From: Octopus bimaculoides
Lineage: Eukaryota
DNA length: 64,000 bases
Direction of reading: 5' to 3'
Assembly: GCF_001194135.2 (NCBI RefSeq)
Contig: NC_069000.1
Location: 32,036,424-32,100,423, forward strand
Both the position numbers and the translations under genes were made by a program. The notes under the pieces are model-generated. The model was not told the DNA's origin, made no database searches, and saw nothing but the letters and a program-made list of their open reading frames with translations. This document shows, one piece after another, positions 51,161 through 62,329 of the stretch. Positions within the stretch are counted from its first letter, which is position 1, and every line of letters starts with the position of its first letter.

Positions 51161-52754
51161 TTTAATCACTCAAATAACATTGACGAATATCTAATCAACA
51201 CCCAAATGATTAAAAACATCATGGAAGTTGTAGATATTTACACTCGTAAGAGTTGTTTGTAATGTTCCGGACACAGCTAAAAATTGTTTTGTATTTACTC
51301 TAAAACACTACACCTTGTGCTACTCCTCGACACTGGAAATAACGGAAGGTTGGTTTGTCTTCATAGAATTTTAAAAAAACTAGAACACGGAATGTAAATA
51401 CATTATTGAAACAACGTTAATTTTATTTCCAGTGAAATATTGCTTTCCTATTTTTAATCATATAAAGAAAATAGATTTCCGTCTGTTTCGACGATGATTA
51501 TTTACTTGTTCAGTTAAGTGGATTATCTGCTCATATAATTAGTGTGTAAGTCATTAGACTTACATACTAATTCCACCACAGTGGGTAAGTTTATAATATG
51601 ATAGATACGTGTAGCCTTAAAACAATAGGATCTGCAGTACCCATTGGAGGCACCTTTGAAAGACGTATACAATCCATTCGCAAGGATTCTAAGAATTGCC
51701 GTCTACCAACTTTCCAGAAGCAATGGTGAAAGGCGCGTACTCAAGATGCCATGTTGTGCGATCGAACCCCAGGCCTTGTGATTGCAATGAAAACTTGTAA
51801 ACTACTCATCTATGATTCGTTCGCTTGTTTATCATATAATTATACCATTATGTCGTTGTTGTTGACTGATGTTTTGATGTCGTATGTCTAAACCTTAATT
51901 ATTCAATGTGTTCGTTTTTTTTAAATTAAAACAACAAGTACTGATTTCAAGAAAATTTTATTAGTTCCAGTTTTACTTATACGAGAGATACAACCACAAT
52001 GTTTTGTGGCTTTAGTAGGTGGAAGTGTTGGTGATCTATTGGTTATGTATGATATCCTAAAGTGGGGGAAAATAAATGAGTTATTTTAGCACCAAAATGA
52101 TATCAAGATCTGGAATAGAATATGTAGAGTGCCTGGCATCAAAGAAGAATAGGAACGGAGGTAATAGTGGAGATTCGCTGGAATGTTACCCACCCTTCTA
52201 TGGAACAAACACATTGCATGATAAAAAAATGTTAGTTTCTTTACAATTAGCAGAAAAGTCATTTGGGTTGGGTGATAATGGACAACAAGAATTGAAGGGC
52301 TCTGCTCTAAAACTTTTAGTTGTATAGATAAAGAGAAATAGTTTCAATCATTATTTAAAACTGATTTGTTCCTGAGAGATTTCCCGTTTAGGTTTTCTAA
52401 ATGACGTGCCAATTTCTCGTTAAATGATCAAGTTGCAGGGATACATTTGTGACATCTGACATGAGTTGAGCATCTCAAAAATTGATAGGTTACATTCCAT
52501 CACAACTGATTTTTTTTTTCAAGAGAGAAAAGGAGAAAGAGAAATAGAAGAAAGGGCTTCTGTAATTGAACTGGAAATTTATCAACTTCGAAAGAATGAA
52601 AGGCAAAATTGACCACGATGTGATTTGACTTGAGGTCGCGCTTTCTCCGATGCTCTGCATCTGTCCGAATGTAAATACTCGTAGAAATGTTGCGTAGTAA
52701 TAGCTCTCTCCCTCTCTCCTTTCTATCCGTCTTTGTCTCTCTTTCTCGCCCTCG

Positions 52755-52829
<75 letters not shown>

Positions 52830-54646
52830 CCTTGTACTCTCTCTCTCTATGTGTCAATGTTTTGCCTGCTTCTCTCTTAATATCCTTTTTGCCCTTACTC
52901 TCTCTACCTTCACCCTTGTTTTCTATCCTTAAATATCGACTATATCTAAATTTAGTGCTTAAATTAACGCACATTCTAGCACATTAGTCGGGAAATATCC
53001 GTGCATGGAATCAGTTATCATGCAGGAATAAATCTCCTAGGAATCGCCTGTATTGTGTCATATCTGTGTGTACGTATGTGTGCGCGCGCGCGTGTGAGTG
53101 TGTCTGCCTGCTGTATGTCTGTGTATGTGTCTGTATTTAAGCCACTGTGTGTTTATGCGCATTGCTCACTCTAAAATAGAATGACAGTAATTCTATTCAC
53201 AGACATCTGGGAGTTGTAATTCTTTCAGCAAGAAAACTCAGACAGCTTCCGCTGCAGATATGTCACTTGATTCTTGGTTTCAGTGTAATGAATGGATCGA
53301 ATCGCGCCAAAAATGACAGTGTAATTCTCATTGATTACTGCGCACCAAAGAAATCCATATCCGTTGTTGATTACACGATATTCTATCAAGAATCGGTAGA
53401 CGTATTTACCAAAACGAAGACGGATCTTGCATTGGAGATAGATCTTGAAAACGATCTTCTAGTTCAAACAATCGAAGTAGCAGCTCTCTTTATTGATAAT
53501 TGCTAAACAGAGAAAACCATTTTGCTATCTAATGTTATTCAATCTTTGTTCATTACTACAGAAACAAAATGCTGGTATTCTACTTGAGTCACTTTATTAA
53601 TTATTGCCAATTCTTCCATACAGTCGTGTGGTGTTGTTTCGACACAAGAATTATTATCAAATCCTATACATTTTCAATGAGCTGTAATTAAGTACTTTTT
53701 TTTTCTTTCTTTCTCCCAGTCACGTTACTATTTACCCAGATTCTGCTGGACTATGTCATTTCTGAACATCCCTATCACATTTACTAACCAGTTATTTCCC
53801 GTGTGGTATTTCTAATAATCATAATAACTAATAACCAATGTAGTAACACCATACATGTTTGTTCCTTTCAGGACAGCATGTCTCTAGTTTCCGTGAGATC
53901 CATCTTTTAAGTTTCATTTGTTCTAATAGATATATTACGTGTACAAGATTCAAGTTTCTAATAAATTTCCTCACTCAATTTGTATTTATTTACATATATT
54001 TATTTATATATTTTATATAAAAGCCAAAGCTTTGATAATTCAGCTCTTGCTTTATCCAGCCTATGCTGTTTATTGTTACAACCTCAAATATTTATGCTTA
54101 TTTCTTGAAAAAAAAGATTACACAATTGATTGGCAAAGGTTTACTCATGAATAAACATTTTTTTTAAAATTTCCGTTTTCTACCGCTACTACAACTGCTT
54201 CTGCACTTGTTAACTATTAACAGTTACTATATACGCCCTCTATATAGCTGCACCTGATTATTCATGACTCCTCTTCGCTATGACTCATTTCACAGATCCT
54301 CACAAAATACTTCTTATATTTTTGCTCCCTGTAACTGCAGTCCTTATACAAACGTCCTTGCCCATGGAAGGTCTCAAAAATGCTGTCCTCGTTCTCCTTC
54401 TTGTAAACTTCAGTTTAGACACGACATAAGATCGTTTTCTTTCTGTTATATTTCAATACACGGAAAGCACATAATTGTGTGTGCCTGGTGGATATGTATG
54501 GGCGTGCGTGTATGTATGTGCATGCATGTGTATGTGTGCGTGTATGTGCTTGTGTTTGTGTGTGCATGCGTGTATGTGCTTGAGTCCGTGTGTGTGTGGA
54601 GTACGTGCGTGCATGTATGTGTATGTGTGCATGCGTTTTTGTGCAT

Positions 54647-54693
<47 letters not shown>

Positions 54694-54911
54694 AATATAT
54701 ACAGGTATGATTTAACCTGCTTTTATACACTGAAACGTTTCATATCCTTCCTTAAAATATAAATTCGAAAAACACTTATAAAAACAAGAAAAGAGAAATT
54801 TGTAGAAGATTTGTGTACATCCATAATTTTTAAAGAAATATTTCAAACATTTCAAATGTAATGAGCATATTATCACTTTTATTGTATTTATCATTGTGTA
54901 TATCTGTGTCA

Positions 54912-54972
<61 letters not shown>

Positions 54973-55215
54973 TTGTTGTGGTTCACTTAACCTTTCAACT
55001 TTTCAGGGTCGATGAAACAGGTAATTATTGAACACTGGGACTCGATCTAAAAATTTTGAGGCCTTGAGTCTATAAATAGAAAGGATTATTTATTGTGGGG
55101 AGTGGGAAACTTGCTTATCGTTTCTCTTTTTGTTTTAGCATAAACCATGCCATATATATTGAAAACCCTTGAATTTTACTTTCAATAAATCTGATCTTTA
55201 ATATTTGTTTTACAG

Positions 55216-55391
55216 TAACTTAGCGGGACGTCTACGGCGAAGGCGCAGCTCTGTGGATATTCCAATGACAGTGTACCCAGGCGACCTTCTAGGACACAGA
55301 GTTCCTCCCCATAATAAAAAGCTTACAAAACGAAATACTGTGGCAGATTTTGCTACAAGGCAAGATTTGCCCACCATCTACTCTGAGTCAG
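55216..55391 (+). CDS. Internal exon of an unidentified gene (NLAGRLRRRRSSVDIPMTVYPGDLLGHRVPPHNKKLTKRNTVADFATRQDLPTIYSES), phase 2 to 1
   Basis: Strong acceptor atatttgttttacag|, strong donor TCAG|gtaagc, 176 nt, only one open frame, GC/CpG-richer than its flanks. Confidence 0.75.
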
Positions 55392-56114
55392 GTAAGCTTA
55401 TGATGAAAAAACAATTGTCTTTCTCCTTTCTTCCCACAAGTAAATATTTTAAAATTCCATTACGAAACCCGATTTAAAAAATGCGATGTATACTATTAAA
55501 TAGATTGGGAAATTGTTCAGGCGTAAGGCACAGTAATTTGTAGCACCTAGTTATGATTCTTTACGTTGTTCCTATCTACTTCAAGCCCATTTTCCTTTCA
55601 ACATGCTATATTCATAAGATAAGTAGCAGTTGATAAACGAAATAATATAACGTCATGAGGCACTATATCGATGAAGGTCACTGTTCAATGATTGCAAACA
55701 GTAAGAGAATAACTGTGTGTATTTAATTGATACAATTCAAGGAACGATTATAGCCATAAGGACGATTTTCTTTTAATAATACCAGAAAAAAAAAGAAAAG
55801 ACTTTCACATGAACTGAAGCAGAATATTCGATTAATCACTCGTATACAACATGACTAAATACGTTCCAGACATATAATGTGTCGCAAACATTAAATATGT
55901 ATTTTATCATATTACTGTATGATACGATAAAACATTTTGATACTGAAGAAACTATTATTTGAATCACATGACAAATGTTGTTATGTGACCATAGTCACGG
56001 AACACTGCAACGTTCAGTTTGCATAGTTAGAGGTAGTTTGGCGTCCTTTGTCGCTTGAAGCCAAAGTAGCATCTGCAGATTTCAATTGACTAGAGACTTT
56101 ATGTACACAGACTT

Positions 56115-56182
<68 letters not shown>

Positions 56183-56569
56183 NNNNNNNNNNNNNNNNNN
56201 NNNNNNNNNNNNNNNNNNNNNNNNNNNNNNNNNNNNNNNNNNNNNNNNNNNNNNNNNNNNNNNNNNNNNNNNNNNNNNNNNNNNNNNNNNNNNNNNNNNN
56301 NNNNNNNNNNNNNNNNNNNNNNNNNNNNNNNNNNNNNNNNNNNNNNNNNNNNNNNNNNNNNNNNNNNNNNNNNNNNNNNNNNNNNNNNNNNNNNNNNNNN
56401 NNNNNNNNNNNNNNNNNNNNNNNNNNNNNNNNNNNNNNNNNNNNNNNNNNNNNNNNNNNNNNNNNNNNNNNNNNNNNNNNNNNNNNNNNNNNNNNNNNNN
56501 NNNNNNNNNNNNNNNNNNNNNNNNNNNNNNNNNNNNNNNNNNNNNNNNNATATATATACATATATATAC

Positions 56570-56715
56570 GACGGGCTTCTTTCAGTTTCTGTCTAAGTAA
56601 TCCATTCACAAGGCTTTGAGCGACCCGATGCTATAGTAGAAGACACTTGCCCAAGGTGCCGCGCAGTGGGACTCAACATGGAGCCATGTGGTTGGGAAAC
56701 AATTTTCTTACCACA
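56570..56715 (-). mobile_element. SINE family B, 5' half
   Basis: acgggcttctttcagtttc...tatagtagaagacacttgcccaaggtgccgcgcagtgggac...ccatgtggttg. Confidence 0.85.
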
Positions 56716-57666
56716 TGTATACAGAGTGAGAAACAGACAGACAAACAGTTTTAGGTAGTTAGTTAGACACACACAAAACATACACGTATATGAGTATTTA
56801 TACATACACACATTAGGAAATTTGATATTAAAGCACCTTGTCGAAATCCCGTATATACTACGTACATATTTATGCAGACAAGACGTGACGAGGACAGCAA
56901 ATCGAAACTATCAAAACACAGTGTAGGTTTATTGAAATATTTTCCATTTTTAAACATGTGCTTTATCGCCCTAAACTATATAATTTTCATGATTCAATAT
57001 TATGTTTTTTCGATTATATTTTACAGTTACTGATTCTAAAAAAAGTCGACAAACATTTTCTCTTCTCCGATTGGTAAGTAAATATGTGTGCTGTACTTTA
57101 CGATTTAGTCTATATTCTTCCTTACTGCAACTGTTTTATTCTGAATTCTTTTACTGGTATTGTTTTATTTTAGACTGCACTGAATGTAGCGGTCATGTCA
57201 GTTTATGTTTGCATACCATTGCCTTGTGAAGCTAGACTAGGTCCTTAAAAAGAATTCAGCTATATGTTGAATTAATTACCATTCTATGTATGTATGTATG
57301 TATGTATGTATGTATGTGTGTGTGTATGCATGTATGTATTATGTATGTATGTCTGCCTCTATGTGCGTATGTTTATGTCAATAAATGTATATGTATGCAT
57401 GCATGTGTATTTGCGAGTGAGTGCATGTATCTTTGCGTATGTGTATGTTCATGTATAGATACAATGACTATTCGGACAAGTGTAGTTTACTTGTACTTTA
57501 CAGAAACTAGTACTTCTCACTGTGCAATATTAATAGACTTGTATCATTTATACTAATGTAATAATCACCATTGCTGATTCGGAAAGACATCAGTAGTCCG
57601 GGAAGACTTTGGAACAAAATGTTCCGGAAAATCGATATCGTACCTGTATAAATACATAAGAGAGAG

Positions 57667-57945
57667 TACGTGGCTTAGTTGTTTGGGTGTTGCACTCAGG
57701 ATCCCAGGTTGTGGTTTCGCTTCCCAAACCAGTTGTCTGTTGTGTTTTTGAGTAAAATTCTTGAGTAAAATTCCCAGTCCGTGAAACTCCAATGAACTTG
57801 ATTTCTGTTCGGGAGTAGTGTTGTTCAAGCCAACGGAGAAGCGTCACCCGAAAGGTAAAATAGTCCGAAGTACATTGTCACCAGCGGTGTACGATAACAT
57901 CCTCGATAGTCTGCTCGACACCGTGATCCACATACATACATACAT
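57667..57945 (+). mobile_element. SINE family C-like copy
   Basis: tRNA-like head tggcttagttgtttgggtgttgcactca, then ttgtgtttttgagtaaaa; diverged. Confidence 0.5.
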
Positions 57946-58014
57946 ACATACATCCATACATACATACACAAAAGCCCGAACATGCAAAGAAATTTGTAAC
58001 TATACATATACATA

Positions 58015-58260
58015 GGTGCAGGCGTCGTTGTGTGGTAACAAGCTTGCTTCTTCACCATATGGTTCCGGGTTCAGTCTCACTGCAGAGCACCTTGACCAAA
58101 TATCTTCCACTATAGCTTCGGGCCGCCAAAGCCTAGTAAGTGGATCTGGTAGGCGAAAACTGAAAGAAGCCCGTCGTATGGAGAATTTACGAAAAAAAAA
58201 AACAACAGACGAGGACAGGGGGTGTAAACAACAAAAGGATGTATTAGTTTAACGCTCGGG

Positions 58261-58313
<53 letters not shown>

Positions 58314-58450
58314 GTGTGTGTATATGTGTTTCTTTGTGTCTGTGTTTGTATCCCCCCATCGACACTTGAAAACCGGTATTGGTGTGTTTACGTCCCCGTA
58401 ACTTATCGATTCTTTAAAAGAGACCGATAGGATAAGTACCAGGCTTTTAA
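58015..58450 (+). mobile_element. SINE family B with a nested insertion (58180-58262)
   Basis: Full head and 3' half present; extra segment and (GATA)n in the central microsatellite zone. Confidence 0.8.
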
Positions 58451-58822
58451 AAAATGAAAGAGACACAGACACATATACGATTTAGAGAGGAAGAGAAGGA
58501 GAGAAAGATAAAGTGCAAAAAAGAGGGAGATCGGGGAGAGAAACTCAAATATATATGAAAGCAAATACTGAGTACACGTTTGTTGAATTATTTGTTTCTG
58601 AATAGTTCCTCTTATGCAAGCCTCTACATCTTAGCGTTTAGCATTTTCATTTTTCATTACTTTTTATTGTAGTCGTCCAAGCATGATTATCTCCCAACTT
58701 TCACAACAGAAACTGTAGCACAACTTTATATTCACGCTAAATGGAACTATTAAAAAAGACAATTTCTGTATTATAATAATAATTGTATTCGCTATCAGTA
58801 ATTTTGTTGATATTTTCTTCAG

Positions 58823-58921
58823 ATGAAGACACGGAGCAAAGAGAATCTCACACAGCTAGAAGAAGTGCTAATGAAATTAAAACCGTCCGAGTTTAGAGAT
58901 AACACATTAATAGGATACAAG
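58823..58921 (+). CDS. Exon of the + strand gene; most likely reads D-EDTEQRESHTARRSANEIKTVRV* (stop 58894-58896) after the 55216 exon
   Basis: Acceptor gatattttcttcag|, consensus donor CAAG|gtaagt, 99 nt. Phase-1 entry continues ...IYSES-DEDTE; a second frame is fully open. Confidence 0.65.
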
Positions 58922-58982
58922 GTAAGTTAACTTATCTATTTGTCTGTGCGTCTCGATCTATCGACCTATCTGTCTCTATCAG

Positions 58983-59014
<32 letters not shown>

Positions 59015-59015
59015 A

Positions 59016-59559
59016 CATTAGAGGAAAAATCAAAACCAAGGCAGAACGTGTATCTCAAGTCATTTAGAATGAATTAATTAGGATAAGGTGAATTTGAAGT
59101 CTTACAGCTGTTTCTGGGATAACCCAAGTGGTTGCTTAGCATGTCCGTGCACTGTGTATTCTTTATCAGAGATAAGGTATGAATAGTTTAGACGGGGAGA
59201 ATTTCATGGGAGTACCAACCTACATCCATATCCTCTGGAAAAAGATGAGCTGTGAATATTATTCACCTGACTATATTCTTCTATCTACCTATACTCTTTA
59301 TTCTTCTATTTTACAACTTTATTCTTCATTATGTTCTTTATAAACTGTGAATTTTATGCCTTGTAAACTGTAAATTCTCCCAGTCTAAACTATTCATACA
59401 TTGTCCCTCATGACGGAATACCCAGTGCACGGACATACTAACCAACTACTTGGGTTATCGCAGAAACAGCTGCATATATTAATAATATACATTACCCTAA
59501 TTAAATTATTCTAAATGACTAGATACTCGTTCTGCCTTGGGTTTGAATTTTCATCTAAT
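59016..59559. repeat. Long imperfect inverted repeat (~190-bp arms 59016-59204 / 59372-59559) of hammerhead-bearing Penelope-like termini
   Basis: Shared blocks ccaaggcagaacg, agtcatttagaat, cagctgtttctg, gataacccaagt, gtatgaatagtttagac in opposite orientation. Confidence 0.9.
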
Positions 59560-59706
59560 ATAATATATACACGCTATAACAGAACCCTAACACTGATCCC
59601 TAGATCCAGCCTTAGCTCTGATCTTGGAATCTAATGTTCGACTAAATATAGCACTTACTCAGCGTACCTATTCGTTTAGATCACAAGTGAGTTAAACTTC
59701 TCATAT

Positions 59707-59777
<71 letters not shown>

Positions 59778-59814
59778 CACACACACACACACATAATTGA
59801 AAACATTGGATGCA

Positions 59815-59990
59815 ACGAAGGAGGACAGTTGGACGTTTATTGTTTAATCACTACAATTGTTTCCACGCAACGTAGTTCTCCATGTGTGCAGGTATTTGAT
59901 TATGTAACCGCTTTCGTGCATTATGAGATCTAGTTGTGTTTCCTCAGGCGATATGTAAATATTGTCTCCCTAAATTTAAAATCCTCGGCT
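59815..59990 (-). mobile_element. Penelope-like terminal remnants with partial hammerhead motifs
   Basis: Minus: GAAA caattg TA gtgat (59846-59863) and atatcgc CTGAGGA a (59940-59955). Confidence 0.4.
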
Positions 59991-60407
59991 TCAAGAACAT
60001 CCTCTCTGTCTGTCGTGGCCTGAATTTAGTAGTAATCACTGAGTTTATCAAGGTGTGTTGTTGCTGAAGGACCGTTGGCAAATTACTTTCAATGTGTAGC
60101 TGTAGTGGGTGGTGATTCTGCTACTGTTAAAGTGGTTGCCGTTTGAAAGGTATTGGCATTTGATTTCTTTGTAGTGTTGATTTGTTCTTCGTGGTCGGTT
60201 GCACATGCGATTGTGCTTAGCTGACCTTTAAGATTCGGCCTATACGTACACATACATGTTCGTTCACATATACGTACTAACGCTTGAAACACACACATGC
60301 ACACACACGCATCGCACATATACATACATACACGTATACAAGTATGTGTACAAACATACACAAGCACGCATATACATATGGATGTTTTGCATTCTTGTCC
60401 CATTTTG

Positions 60408-60451
<44 letters not shown>

Positions 60452-60529
60452 TTATGTCGATACATACATTCATGCCTACTAAAAACGCGGACAGGCACGC
60501 ACACCCAACAACATCTTAATTAATATAAA

Positions 60530-62070
60530 GAACAAAGAATTTGATATAGGAAAAAGCTAGAGACAGACGATAGGAGTGAACCATATGTCCCACGAAAACT
60601 TAGGATAAACCATAACGACCCTAAAGTCCGACTAATATGTCCATCGACATCGAATCTCGGACGTATAAGCAAAAATATCATAGATAAAATAATGCCCGAA
60701 CTCAAAATTAAGACTGGAATTTCCTTATGGTCAGACACTCAGGAGGTAATAGGAAAGTTTAAGTAACCAGTAAAAACACCTAAAACTCCAAATTTATACA
60801 ATTAGATATACATAACTACTACTCCACAATTAACCCTATAATACAATAAAATACTCATATTTGCAATGTAAAATTCAAGGTTATCTAAATCAGCACAATA
60901 AATATTAACAGCACAAGAAACCGTTATTAATTGCGACAGCAAACATAGGGCGAGATCAGATGGAACGAATTACTTCGATATACCAATGGGTTAGAGCAGC
61001 TCAACTCACGGATATCGTAGGAATTTATAACTTATTCCACGCCAAATCCTCATTCCCACTAATAGCGTCGTGGGCTCTATACAGAGACAATGCCCTTTTT
61101 GTAATAGATAATTGTACTAAAGTAGAAATAGAGCTACGGAAAAAATAAACTACATAAATTATTTTAAAATTTCGGCCTATCTATAACAATAGACAGTAAT
61201 TACTCTAAGATACATTTCCTAGATGCTATTTTTTAATTTAGAAACCGAGATGTAGAACCATACCACAAACCGAATTGGTGTCTTAGATACATAAATGGTA
61301 GGAGTTCAATGACTGAAACGAGTAATAGGTAAAATGTGCATAGACCAGGATCTGGTCTGATCCTTTTCAGTTGAGGGAATTGTTGCACTATTCTGACATT
61401 AAGGTCTAATCATCCACCGGCCATAACCTAAACAGTAGTTAGGAACATAACCTCCAGAATAACACGCCAATCAGCCACCGAGACAATATTCAACATACAT
61501 GCACCTTACTACAATGAAACACTAGCTAGGGCTGGGTATAAAGAAAGCATCATTCTCACACCTGCCAAAGCCCTAAATTAATACTAACACCCACGCACCT
61601 AAAGTAGAAAGTCACCAAATAACTATAAAAATACTAAAAGTGCAAATAATTGTAGCTGTCGCAAGAAATCTGCATATCCGCCGAGGAAACAACGCATGCA
61701 AAAAAACATCATATATAAATGCAAAATCACCACACCACAGCATAAATGCACATAAATAAGGGCCTCCGAAAATCTATTTAAGGTCCGCTATCGAAAAAAT
61801 ATCTCCTCATTCCGAAAGATGAGCCGGCGGCACGCAACATCTCTAGCGGACTTATAATGGTGATTAAAAAAAAAGGAAAAGTAAAATATGAAATAGAACG
61901 GTCAATAATTAAAAACATCGCACCCATGTAACACACTATCCACCTTCAGGAAGCCTTCTACATCCTCTTATGTAACGAAAACTTAGTAAACAAGCATGCT
62001 GAGAATATGCTACGATGTTTCCAGTGCGCCAAATTTGCATTTTCCAGATTCAGAAAAGTGAAATATTGAT
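60530..62070 (+). mobile_element. Decayed Penelope-like element (RT + C-terminal GIY-YIG), Naiad-like by motif
   Basis: NHNDPKVRLICPSTSNLGRISKNIIDKI...YFDIPMG...DIVGIY...LYRDNALFV...YHKPN...SNHPPAIT...APYYNETLARAGYKE...NCSCRKK...NIIYKCKIT...FKVRY; many stops and frameshifts. Confidence 0.85.
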
Positions 62071-62329
62071 AATAATAATAATGATTCAGTAAACTCTCCC
62101 CCTCCCTCCTTCCTCATATCCATGTATGCGTGTGTCGGCTTGTATTTCTATATATACGTATGCGTGCCTGTCCAAATGTTTAGTATTCATGAAGGTATGT
62201 ATTCTTGATGCATGAATTACATTTATGTCTATGTGTGTGTTTACACACACGAGCAACTATGTATATGCGTGCGCGTGTATGTATGTACATATATTTGTAT
62301 ATGTGTTTGCATGTATATATATATATTCA

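Noticed and set aside
52076-52327. 83-aa ORF as an exon or gene
   Set aside because: No recognisable family and a weak donor; it faintly resembles a decayed R4 RT segment but could not be supported either way.
53204-53275. LRR-like HLGVVILSARKLRQLPLQICHL
   Set aside because: A single unit lacking the conserved Asn, with no neighbouring repeats.
56881-56915. GTGACGA...CGAAACTATC hammerhead-like string
   Set aside because: Core mutated, stem II only 2 bp, no stem I.
61620-62060. Selenocysteine recoding in the Naiad-like GIY-YIG region
   Set aside because: The in-frame stops seen do not fall at Cys positions and coexist with TAA stops and frameshifts, so they are ordinary decay.
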